A DNA stretch of 64,000 nucleotides from Lytechinus pictus (Eukaryota), in the NCBI RefSeq assembly GCF_037042905.1, contig NC_087246.1:1428001-1492000 (forward strand), written 5' to 3'. Made by a program: the position numbers and the translations under genes. Below the pieces are notes generated by a model. That model ran no database searches. It was not told the origin of the DNA and saw only the letters and a program-made list of their open reading frames with translations. Positions within the stretch are counted from its first letter, which is position 1. Every line of letters begins with the position of its first letter. This document shows positions 1 through 12,000 of the stretch, in pieces.

Positions 1-150
1 CGAATTACTGCTCAACGATTTAGTGTCATGACGTTAAATCAACCAATGGGATCATTCGTTATAAACCTACAAAGCAATGCCAGCGCGGGGGAACTTGAAT
101 GCGGGGCGCGCGGCCGATCGCGCTGGAGTTATCGACCAATAGCGCCCGAC

Positions 151-383
151 CATGGGCGGAAATCCCAGGGGGGACGTGTCCCCCCCCCCCCTACTCAAAA
201 TAGTAGGGGGGACACAATATCAAATGTCCCCCCTACTAATTTTTGGTCTTTTATGATAGTAAGAAATACATCGTTCAATATCGAAATAAAACATGTATTT
301 TAGGACGAAATTACCTTAAATTTGGGGTGATAATTTTCCAGCCCCTTGTCCCCCCTACCTTTTGGGAGAGATATCCGCCCCTG
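151..383. mobile_element. hAT-like MITE with 8-bp TSD, present in the left IR arm only
   Basis: Imperfect TIRs catgggcggaaatc / gatatccgcccctg. Perfect TSD cgcccgac at 143-150 and 384-391. Absent from the right arm near 2415-2425. Confidence 0.85.
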
Positions 384-1384
384 CGCCCGACCAATAAGGA
401 TTTTGAAGATAGCGGACTATAAATCAATAGATTTTGTGCACTGTGTCTACAAAAGCACGAAGTGAAATTGAAGGTAAGGTAAAAGATATCGGTATCAAGA
501 GTAAACGATTATCTATTGAAGTTGGAACGCAAAAACTTATAAACATCGATTTATAGCATATTATGTATTGGAAGATGTCTGACATTGTGTTTTATTGCAA
601 CACTTAAGGGGAAGAAAATGATGTTTAATTTATGAGATGTCAAGGTATGCATCGATTTGTAAAGACATCAAAACTTATATTTGTTACATATATATGTATT
701 TTATTTTGTATATGAATTCAAGTTGTCAATAAAAAATACTGAAAAAAAATAAATAATCATGATAAGAATAATAAAACACATACTGATTGGTGGTTCCGGG
801 AGCCGGATGAGGGGCCAGTGACGTAGCTACTGGGGGGGGGGGGGGCTGGGAGGGCACGTGCCCCCCTTGAGATTTGGTGTGCCCCCCCCCCCCCCCCCGG
901 TGCCCCCCTGAAAAAAAATGGCAGAGCAAAAAAAAAAGGAGAAAGAAGAAAAGAATAAAGGAAAAGAAGAAGAAATACAGGAAAAAAGGAAAATTAGAGG
1001 GGGATGACGAATGAATGAAATAATGTGAGGGGAAGACTTGCAAAAAATCAAAAACAAATCTTTCATGTTACTACATAAAATTTTTGCTTGTTTGATTTTG
1101 GCGGGATTCTGCGTTTTTCGCCAATTTCTATATAGGATTGGGTCGTAGATTCAATCGTAAAAAATAAAGAGTTAGATCGAGTGTTTTAGCATGGGACTTG
1201 TACCAGGCAAAAGGGTATAGGCTTTAAGAAAACGCCAACCACTATTCCTATTATGCCATTCGATATATTTAATTAGATTTAAAGAAAAATTATGCTTTTG
1301 GCGGGATTTTGCGATTTCCCTTTGATCGTAGATTCAACCGAAAACAATAAAATTTAAATCGAGTGTTCCACCATGGGACTTATA

Positions 1385-2024
1385 CACTAGCGTACCTACG
1401 GGGGGGGGGTGGGGGCAGGGAGGGCAGTCTGCCCCCCCCCCCCACTGACGAGCCACAACCCATGCAAAGGACGTATCCCTGCCCCCCCCCCCCCCCCCCC
1501 CCCCCCCCGACGAGCTTGAAAGACCTTTTTTGCCCCCCCCCCCCCCCTGACGAGCTTGAAGACCTTTTTATTTTTATTTTTATTTTATTTTTTTTATAAA
1601 ACGGACATTTTACAGAGCACTTAAATTTGTAAATAAAAAAAGATAATGAAAGCTCGATGTCCGAGCCAAAATATGTTTTGTATATTGACTTCAAAACTTG
1701 CTGCATATCAGCCTATTGAGCAAGATATGGATCTCATCGAACAGGCAATTCTGGCGCGAAGTAACATGAAAGATTTGTTGTTGATTCTTTGCAAGTCTTC
1801 CCCTCACATTATTTCATTCACTCGTCTTACTCCTCTTATTTTCCTTTTTTTTCTGTCTTTCTTCTTCTTTTCCTTTTTTATTTTCTTCTTTCTCCCTTTT
1901 TTTCCTTTGCCATTTTCTCAGGGGGGCACCGGGGGGGGGGGGGGAGGGGAGGGCACACCAAATCTTCTCAAGGGGGCACGTGCCCTCCCAGCCCCCCCCC
2001 CCCCCCCCGGTAGCTACGCCACTG
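1385..2024. mobile_element. hAT-like non-autonomous element (possibly chimeric); its right part is duplicated in inverted orientation at ~816-1072
   Basis: Termini cactagcgtacctac...gtagctacgccactg resemble those of 39497-41606. Poly-G/C subtermini. Interior 1605-1860 is homologous to 37912-38200. No TSD (gacttata vs gcccctca). Confidence 0.6.
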
Positions 2025-2553
2025 GCCCCTCATCCGGCTCCCGGAACCAACAATCAGTATGAGTTTTATTATTCTTATCATTATTATTATTATTATTTTG
2101 TATTCAGTAGTTTTTATTGACAACTTCAATTCATATACAAAATAAAATACATATTATAACAAATAGAAGTTTGATGTCTTAACAAATTGATGCATACCTT
2201 GACAACTCATGAATTAAACATCAATGTCAGACATCTATCAATACATAATCATAAATCATTACCAATGCTAATCGATGTTTATAAGTTTTTTCGTTCCAAC
2301 TTCAATAGATAATCGTTTACTCTTGATACCGATATCTTTTAACTTAATTCGTACTTTTGTAGACACGGTACACAAAGTCTATTGAGTTATAGTTCGATAT
2401 CTTCAAAATCCTTATTGGTCGATAACTCCAGCGCGATCAGCCGCACGCCCCGCATTCAAGTTCCCCCGCGCTGGCATTGCTTTGTAGGTTTATAACGGAC
2501 GATCCCATTGGTTGATTTAACGTCATGACACTAAATCGTTGAGCAGTAATTCG

Positions 2554-2865
2554 GAATTACGTCGTGTAGTAATTATTTACTACACGACGTAATTCTTTAG
2601 GTAGTGTAGTAATTGGAATTACTACACTACGTAATTATTTACGTCGTGTAGTAATTCGAATTACTACACGACCTTAATTATTTGATGTAGCGACACTAAT
2701 TCATTTAACGTCATGACGTTAAATCGTTGGGCAGTAATTCGGAATTGCGTCGTGTAGTAATTCGAATTACTACACTACGTAATTATTTACGTCGTGTAGT
2801 AATTCGAATTGCTACACTACGTAATTATTTACGTCGTGTAGTAAATTGAATTACGACGCGACGTA
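2554..2865. repeat. Modular array of a ~20-bp motif AATTACTACACGACGTAATT in alternating orientations (~42-bp palindromic units)
   Basis: Repeated ttacgtcgtgtagtaatt-cg-aattactacac(g/t)acgtaatt. ~2515-2575 is also duplicated at ~2703-2763. Confidence 0.85.
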
Positions 2866-2899
2866 TATCCGTGTTTTTGACGGTCTCCTGCTTCCATAC

Positions 2900-3172
2900 T
2901 TACCATCACCAAGCACTCTATCACATACATGGTCAGGAGTCTTTGACAGCTTACCATCACCAAGCACTCTATCACATACATGGTCAGGAGTCTTTGACAG
3001 CTTGCTTCTGTTACCATCACCAAGCACTCTATCACATACATGGTCAGGAGTCTTTGACAGCTTGCTTCTGTTACCATCACCAAACACTTAACTCTATCAC
3101 ATACATGGTCAGGAGTCTTTGACAGCTTGCTTCTGTTACCATCACCAAGCACTTAACTCTATCACATACATG
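2900..3172. repeat. Minisatellite, ~60-bp unit, about 4.5 copies (51/60/60/65 bp plus a partial unit)
   Basis: Unit ttaccatcaccaagcactctatcacatacatggtcaggagtctttgacagcttgcttctg repeated head to tail with small indels. Confidence 0.95.
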
Positions 3173-4197
3173 GATCTACACAAAAGACTCCTAGGTCATT
3201 TTCAAGTGACTATTTTCCTCACTATCGAATTGCAGTTGTTAATAACGTTTGAAAAATAACTTTCTATGGGCCTTGAAAATCTTCACACAATCAACAAGAA
3301 ATGTGCCGGAGCGATGAAAATAAACATCTTTCAAAATGTAAATATGAAATGCTTGAAAAAAGGTGTGTAGGTAATATGACTCTCCAAGGTCACTACTAAT
3401 TACTAGGACACAACAAAGATTTTTTAATCATGATTCCATGATGTCATTACAGTGGCATTCTTATGCTTCAGACATGCATTGCATACACACTCAAGTTGAC
3501 CTTGAAAACTTCCTGAGTCATGCAGGTTGAAATAAAACAGCATCTATGAGAAATCACTTCAACACTCTCCTGCAGTAAATCCTGATTTGTACTGGTATTT
3601 TGATTGGTGATTTGAGTTTCTACCTCAAGAAAGTTGCTCAAAAACACCCCATACAGATATTAAACTCTCCCCTGTATGGATTGCTCACAATGCATCCCAT
3701 AACAAGCAAGAATTGCTGATGATTAATATCGGCTATACATCTCTATCTTTAAATCTTGATATTGTTGATTTCTTAAAACTATCTGTGTTTATGTAAGCCT
3801 CATTCATACTCTTAAACATGATTTTTTTTTTTTTCAATTATAGGGAAGTACACTGCAGTTTCATCTCTCACTACCAAAATTGATATTTGCCATGTCCCAA
3901 CATTTGACGTCCAAGTATGACATATTTACACAAATTGCTCTTCACATTGTCAATTTGTAAATATTTGGATAAGTGTTTGAAAGTCACATACAGTGCAAGC
4001 CAGTCTGTAGTTTGTCATAATGGTATTTAGATTCAAATGTTTGTCAATGGTTCAAAGTGAATTATGTGTGGTCTGTGATTGCTTAAGAAGAAAGTATACT
4101 ACTTATTTGCTAAACTGATTGAATTGGAGCAAATGCATATTTTCTAATCCTCTAGACAGAAATTACCACATTGGAATGAAAAATGTAATATGCCATT

Positions 4198-6363
4198 GGG
4201 TGATTCCATACGTGTCGTACGGGACATTTAGGAGAACATTTGACAGTTTTTTGACAAGAAAAACATAAAATATTCCAGTAACTAAAGGTGATCATCACGT
4301 ACTACCAGAGTGTTAGGAAAACCAAGACTTAACATGACTTGAATTCACATCCTGTATAATACAGATTTAAAATAGTAATGTGTTGTACGGACGCAGAAAA
4401 AGTGGCTTTTTTAGAAACCTCAAGTTTGTACTCTAAAGTCTGTGAGTTGGACAGATAATTTTCATAGAAACTGAACTCAAATTGATATTCAATTATCCAA
4501 GAACAAACACATCTATGAAAGAAAGCAAAATAAATATTCATGAAATAATAAAGCAAATTATCATTTTCGAGAACATTGTGGCGTACGGGACACTCAAAAT
4601 GTGTCGTACGGGACATCTCTAAATTGAAGCCAAACTTTCTTATTTTATGTCTCTTTGACTTCTTCAATCACTTTATTTGGCTGATGATAATGATAATCCT
4701 ATCAAACTAAAGACATTCATTATGTTAGAAACCGCTATTGACTGAATATTTCTGTCAATATATCATAAACAAAATAATGTGTCGTACGGGACACTTCTGT
4801 GTCGTACAGGACGCTTGTGTGTTGAACAGGCATTTGCGTGTTGTACTGGACAGCCTGAATAAAACAATGAACTTTTTATCAATCAGAAGGGAAGCATTGC
4901 CCCTAAATTCTTCCTTTTTAATGAAAAGTCTTTTAATAAGTAGTCATTCAGGACAATATAATTAAGTAGCCTCAATATATACAATCGGGAGCAATATTTT
5001 ATCATTTTTTTCATGACGGAAAATGTACAATGGTTCACAGCATTTTTACGAGCTGAAAAACTTGAGGTTTTGTGTGAAGTTATATTTTAGTGAATTAATT
5101 GATGAATACACTATTAAAACAATGAATGAATGAAACTATTTGTGTAAATTATAGGGCTAAAATGTTATGATTTTTCATATAAAATGTATATATACATAAT
5201 ATATGTCACAACTGTCACTTGAAATTCCACAAAATGTTTTTTTTTCGAAAGAAATGCGATTCTACTTTTTCAAACCTTTCTGCATTTCATGAAACCATAT
5301 GGTTTGTCTTATTTTCCAGATTTTTTTTGAACAACATGGTTTGTCTTATTTTCCAGATTTTTTTTACAACTTGAAAAAAGTAAGGAGTTTCAATACTGTA
5401 TATAAAAAAAAATTAGTGATCATCAAGGGAAGTCCAAATAGATGATTGATATGTAAATATGTTTTTTTTTACATCTTATGATAATTTCACATTAGCATAC
5501 AAGAGGAAGTCATCTTCCAGACTAGGGTGAATCAATTATAAAGGTTTTCTTTTCATGCTCAATGACAAAAAATTAACCTGCTCTGACCAGTGAAAATCAC
5601 CAATTTAGCTGAAGGGATTCACAAAAGAATACGCCTACATGAAGTCCATTAAAATGGTTAGAATCATCTATTTCATGTTCTATGGAGATAAAGAAAGGAC
5701 TTTTTCAGTTCACTTTATGTCAAATCAATTACTTAAATTAAAATTAGGCCTAAAGTAGGCCTACTACTTATAGTTTCTGAATCCAAATCCTGCAATTAAA
5801 TGCAGTATATATTGTGTGTCGTACGGGACAACTTTTAATAGGACAATTATTGAAAAATGAAAGGCAGTAATTAGATCCTTATTGGATAAATCGATCACCT
5901 ATGAGTCAAAGATAGAGAAACTGATATTGTGAAATTGCATCATCAAAAAGAAATTGTAGGAAAAACTTTTGCATTTTCATGTGTCGTACGGGACATTGCC
6001 AAAAATAGGTTCGGAAAAATCAGGGCTGCCCCTATTATGCATAGATCATGAAAATGTTGTATATATTATTTGGAACCATCAATGATACATTATTCAATTG
6101 ACCTGCAATATTTTCAATCTTCTCAAGCTTTGCTAATAATCGTTTCAGGCAGTGTTTGTACTTGACTATTTAATTAGCAAAATTATTGAAAATTGAAAAT
6201 TCCATTGTTTCCCCCCAAAAAAACTATATCTGACTTCACTTTTGGTTAAAACTCATACTTTTCATAAAATTTAGGTATCATACTAAAATATTACACTACT
6301 TATGACTTATTAAAAGCATGTTGAAATTTATGATATTTTTGAAGTTCTAGTGTGGAATCGCCC
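4198..6363. mobile_element. Non-autonomous DNA transposon, Sola2-like (GGG...CCC termini, 4-bp TSD)
   Basis: TIRs gggtgattccatac / gtgtggaatcgccc. TSD catt at 4194-4197 and 6364-6367. Motif gtgtcgtacgggaca or close variants at ~4212, 4578, 4601, 4779, 4799, 4838, 5816 and 5981. No transposase ORF. Confidence 0.75.
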
Positions 6364-7849
6364 CATTGCATGTGTATGTGGTCAAATAACAAGTAATTGG
6401 CATGAAGATCATATTTTGCAAAAAAAGCTTCAATATTGTCTAAGATATTTTTAAGAATTAAAATTGACTCAGAAGGACAATATCACCCAAACCTTTATGG
6501 AAATTCTTTGAAAAAATATTTTTGAGTGAACAAATACTTTTGACCGAAAAAAAATTAAAAGGTATGTTCTGCTTCTCCCATCTTCAATAATTACAACATT
6601 TTAAACTAAAATCACTTTGCCTTTCAACAAGGTCAGCTATCATACAAAATTACAAATAAGTATGGCTGAGGAAGAAAGAGTATAGTTAAGCACACAAATG
6701 CCAGACCCGTTTTCTCAAGACATTTGAAGGAATACATAGGATTTCAAACTGTCAAGCAAAGATCAAGAGTCTAGTCTTGACAACACTTCAAGATGTCTCC
6801 TCTCCAAGCTTGCATATTTGACCGTAAAACCTCTTCCAATACTCTCTCTGTCTCTCTGACAAGTTTTTTTTTTTCAGGTTCAATAATAATAGGCATAACT
6901 GTTTTAAATATCATTTTTAGAATATTGAAGTCTAATTAGAATCTTTGGTTTAAAATGAGTGATAAGAGTGATTCCATGAAATTCTATGTTAAGGCTATCT
7001 ATAGGATGGAGAAGGCTGAGATCACCCCACCCCCACCCCTCCTCCTCCCCCTTAGTATCTTAATCAATCGCAACAATCTACTGTACCTACAACTGGCCCA
7101 GAGAATTTACATTCATGTAACTGTCATGAGCTTAAACTTGTCAGATTGCAAGGAATTTTCCAATACATCTTTATAAATAGCCTGAATTAATGGTCTGTGT
7201 CATGCAAGATATATACTTAACAATTTTATATTGTCACTCTACTTGTATATTTAATAACTTTCAATTTGAATCAACATAATACCCAATACATTGAAAGGGA
7301 ATTGATAATTTATAATGTTTACCTGTTGACATCAGATTTAAGTGATACATTTGTATAAAATATGTTATTTTAAAGTGAATTGAAATGTTAATATAACGCA
7401 ATACAGTATTTTACTTTTGTTATTCTTTCATTCATCATACTATTGTACAATTGACCATAATTGTAAATCTATGACAAACCTTATACATAAATTACCATTG
7501 ATTGAAACTATCAATTGCATATGTCACAGGACCCTATATCAAGTACAAACTGAGAAGGTGAGGTGATACATTATTGCATCAATGTCATTTACACCATCTG
7601 CATTCCAATCAATTGAATCATCGTAACAGTCATGGTGTCAGTTGCCTGCAAGAAAGTCATAACTACCATTGTCAATGTAAGCTTTAATGTCCTTCTTGCA
7701 GTCAGCCAAATGGTAAGTGTCGTTTGCATTGGGACACATGCTGATCATATAGGTTAACCTTGATGCAATTAAAACTATGCCCTGGTTTCTATCTCATAAA
7801 CAGTTGCAATGAACTGTAACTCATGTCCTTTTTCAAGTGATCATAATTA

Positions 7850-8130
7850 ATGGCAATGATGATGATCTTGACAATGATGTATGACAACAAGGGTGATGTT
7901 GAGGATGATGATGAAGAAAATGATGAGAATGATAGTGAGGATGATTGACAACAATGACGATGACTATGAAGATGATGATGCTGATGGTGATGAGTGATAA
8001 CAACAATGAGGGTGAGTGTGATGAAAATGATAACAAAAATGATGATGATTTTAAACATGATGATGATTATAAACATGATGAACGATGATGATAAACATGA
8101 TGATGATAAGAATTATAATAAAGATGATAA
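7850..8130. repeat. Degenerate (GAT/GAC/AAT)n microsatellite
   Basis: Long run of gatgat-type triplets. It explains the low-complexity ORFs 7789-8076 and 7833-8036. Confidence 0.9.
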
Positions 8131-8902
8131 TATACTTTTTTAAAGATCTTTACAGATTATCTGTAACTATATATGTCAAGTAAAGAGCAAGGAGGGGGAT
8201 AACCAGAAATGTAATAAAACATCTCTATTATAAAATAAAGGAAATGATGGAAGTCGCACTGCACCAAGCAGTTAACAGCAGAAGTTGGAGGGGTAAGGAT
8301 AGCGGAAGAGAGGGATGACAACCAGGAGACATTTTTCTTCATTAGAGTAGGAGAGAGCAGGTGTCTTGTTATCAAGCTCTTTAGAAAGCCTCAGGTGTAC
8401 TTGACCTACAAACCTATCACATGTCTTCCTCCTTGAAGATCTGTTCCATCTTTAATGACCAGATTCTCAAATCATCTACAATTCGAGAAATGAGCCACCA
8501 CATCCTGTCATTTTTTTTTTACAAAACTTTATTTTCTCTTTAATATCCCTGATACACTTAGTAACTTTCTTCCACCCAAACTTCCCTTCCCTACTACCTT
8601 TTATCATTCAGTCTAGCCTGCATAATTCAACCTTAAGTTGGATTGCAACACAAGTTACAGCTATGAGCTGAGAGGTGGTTTCTCCTGACCTCTTCCATAA
8701 AGAAAATTACCAATCTTCAATCAAAGGAAGTAGAATGAAAGTTTGGGGGATTTGTGTTTGTTTGTTTTTAACTACAAAATGAGAGGGAAAGAAAGTGCCA
8801 AAAAAATTAAAATAACAAAACTCTGGCATGTCCAAGTTTGAACACTGACATCTCATCCATGCAATCCATACATTTAACATGTGTATTATTAGCACTGAAT
8901 AA

Positions 8903-9052
8903 CAGGGAAGCGTTTCATGAGGAAAGAAATGTCGGTGAAACTCACTGACAAATGTTGCAAGCTACTGAAATACTTGAATCTGATTGGCTGGGAGCAATTC
9001 ACTGACAAGATTTTTGATCGGGTGAATCATTCTTATCACGTGAGCCCCCCTG
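8903..9052. mobile_element. Degenerate short MITE; related inverted copy at 49602-49752
   Basis: Core aagctactgaaatacttgaatctgattggctgggagcaatt is the reverse-complement match of 49652-49694. Weak terminal inverted similarity (cagggaagcgtttca / tgagcccccctg). Confidence 0.5.
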
Positions 9053-12000
9053 GGTCTCTTTCATACATGTAGATGCATTCATCATTATTGAAACACTTTC
9101 TCTGAAATGTATAATTATCATTTTATGCATTTTATAGACTGTCCTATGAATAGTGTCAATAAAGACACTATGATTCCAATTAACTGTGACCAAATGAATA
9201 TTTCTTTTTTGCCATTTCACTTTAATAGTTCCTATTTCACAATAGGAATATTCTGTATGGCAAATGATGATTGGTGTGTTTACATCTTGTTATCTGAACC
9301 CTATAACATAAAGCATACAGATTGATTATGGAGTGATTTCTATGATTAATTTCATAATGGTTAGTCAAGTGCATTTGAGTGTCCGTAAGTCCACACACAC
9401 AGCTTCAACACAGGGAACAGTGGTTTTCATGAACGTAATATTGCAGAAATCCGGTTATATCTTTATAACTATTAATAATCTCACACCAGATTGATAATAG
9501 TGTGAAAATGTTATCCAATTCCATTAATTTGATGTAAATATTATTACAATTAATTCACTATTTACGTCTCGCTGTTCATTTGAAAGTGTCCATGTTCACA
9601 ACTCTTGCTATGACAAACGGTCTAAAACCACCCATATTTTCAAGACACTGGCACCTTTGTTTTCTCTCTGGAATATCCCTAAGGGTCAAAAAGGTTGAGA
9701 TTGATTGTCATCTCAATGCTAAATAGATTACCTACAGTTTGATGTATAATATTTTATGACTGGTATAATGGTTACATCTCATTTTTTCTCCCAAACTGTG
9801 AGATAAGCAGGCAGAACATGGCATATTTCTGTGTACAACGTCAGGTGACTAACGTATGATAGTTTCCGTTCCCAGACCCTTTTCATTTGAAACAATTAAT
9901 ACAGTCCAAACAAACTTAATTAACACATTAATGTTGAAAGTAACAATGTTCTTGTACTATAAAGCTTTGCCTACTGATATTTATAATATAGCTATAGTTT
10001 GAGGAAGCAAATATCGAGTCTGGAATTGATTTTGATTTGGAATAGGGTCTGCGTAAGTATACTATATACTAGCAGGCTAGCATCGTCTGCTACGTAAACC
10101 AAATAGGCAAACATGATCGAAACTAACCATTATGCATACAATAATCAATTGTAGTAGGTAGATATCAGCCCCCCCCCCATTTTATGTAACTGGACCCTTG
10201 CCTCATCTTTAACATGTTTATCATTTTACACACATGTATTTCACATGACTGTGTTCACATCTACTGTAGATGAGCGTTTCTCCTACCATGTTCACACTAT
10301 CATTATACTGCAATACTTTTATTTGCCTTATTCACAATCTCCTATTAAATAGATATTATAGAGCTCTGCAAAAATAAAGCAGCTCATTTTCTATCCAGTT
10401 CTATCTTAACATTTAACAAGCATAGACATCCCTCCCTCATCATTATAAGTGCTTGTAACATGAAATATTCAATCGATTTAACATGACTTAGCACTGTGTA
10501 CAAAATTACTTTATTTGTAATGCAATGGGGTCCAGATGTTTAAGCAAAACATTCAAAAACAGAATTTGCCTTCATGAGTAAATAACATTTGTTATTTGAT
10601 AAATTTCCATCTATTTTAGCCATCAAAGATAACAAATCAAGGAAATGAACCTACAGGATGTGTCCCATTAATAAATCAATTACCCTACTTTATACTACTA
10701 CATCCAAATTATGTAGGGTCATTTGAACTTTATTGAGCATGTACATAACATTCTCTCAATACTGCTCATCTTTCGTTGTGTCTTTTTCCAACAACTTTTC
10801 CTCAAATTTTCAATTTCTTCATTTTTAAAAAGAACACACAGTAATTGAACTAGTGCTTGACATCTAGCTTCACTTTTAACATGGAGGCCAGACCCTTCCT
10901 CCCCATCCCCCTTTTTGAATGGTTGATTCAAGAATTGCCCCCCCCCCCCTCATTCTCTCTCCACTACAAGTTTAATTTCACAAGGTAAATAAAAAATGTT
11001 GAAATGATCAATAAAATTCAAGCTTTTTCCTCTTTCTTCCAATAACCATTTTGTTATTGATAATATTCTGAAATCTGTTCTAATGAAGAATTAAAAAAAA
11101 TGAATGTGTATCTTGAAATAACACTAAAAACCTACCATCTCATGGGAACGAAGACTTCATGAATTATGATCAACCATTAGGATTCCACCACCGGCAATTC
11201 ATCACAAAACTTAATGACACACCTCATGACATCACATCCATACATTACCATGGCAACGATGCATAATGGTTTATAAAATGACACGTAAATTTAACATCGT
11301 TAGAAAAATTACCCCGGGACAGAAAGTCCATTTAAAAAAAGGAGAACAACGTGGATCCATCAAGGCAGATATATAAAATAGATACTGTGGAGGTCTAAAA
11401 AGCTATTACACTCCTAAAACTTTCACTATAAAGTGATGTATGACAAAAACATTGTGAAGATTTGACTAGGTGAGATAGCATGAAAAAATAAATCCCATCT
11501 TTTAACTTTCTGATGTGAAGTTTCCCCCTGGCCACCATACCAAGTGGGGCCTGTTTACGCTTGAAATGCCGATCGCTAGTATATTCCCACCTTTGGTTTG
11601 ACGTAGATGATATGTAGGGCACAAGTCAGGCATCACATCCACATGTAGCGCACGAATGCACATTCATTATAATACCATGTTAAACACTTAAAGACGTCCT
11701 GGAATATCACAATGTTCAGTATGCATGTTTATATTATTAGTGAACTTTAAATGCATAACCAGATCCACACGCATTCACTTCATCTTTATGTATTGTAGCT
11801 AAAAAAAGGTTCACCTTGTCCAAAAAAAAGAAAAGGTTTTCAAGTCCATGCAAAAAAGAGATGAAAATTCATTAGTTTGGAGAATTTACTTTTCCAGGGA
11901 GAGGGGGAGGTGAGAGGGGAGGGGAGAGGGAGAGGGGCAGTCATGCGTTCTCTGCAAACCTCTAGTTTATCTAGCTCTGTTAAAGTCTTCTTTGTTTCAT

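Larger units (their letters stand above)
1..2886. mobile_element. Foldback/TU-like element: long inverted repeat (arms 1-1072 and 1760-2553) plus modular outer domain (2554-~2886); left end lies outside the window
   Basis: 1-33 (cgaattactgctcaacgatttagtgtcatgacg) is the exact reverse complement of 2521-2553. Similarity continues inward to tttcatgttact (~1072) / agtaacatgaaa (1760). Spacer is about 690 bp. Confidence 0.75.

Noticed and set aside
726..2062. ORFs rich in Pro/Gly/Phe (726-1066, 1363-1706, 1646-2062)
   Set aside because: Translations of poly-G/C and pyrimidine tracts inside transposon arms; mirrored by the inverted repeat.
2829..3152. Repetitive ORFs on both strands
   Set aside because: Open frames follow from tandem unit lengths; no splice signals or recognisable domain.
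2554..3172. CRISPR-like appearance of the palindromic array and the 60-bp repeats
   Set aside because: No unique spacers (units are contiguous), no cas genes, eukaryotic intronic context.
7693..7720. Possible 11-nt + strand microexon (ttgcag|tcagccaaatg|gtaagt)
   Set aside because: Not frame-preserving and no + strand gene context.
8157..8480. Possible decayed LINE fragment on the - strand
   Set aside because: No diagnostic motif could be read with confidence.
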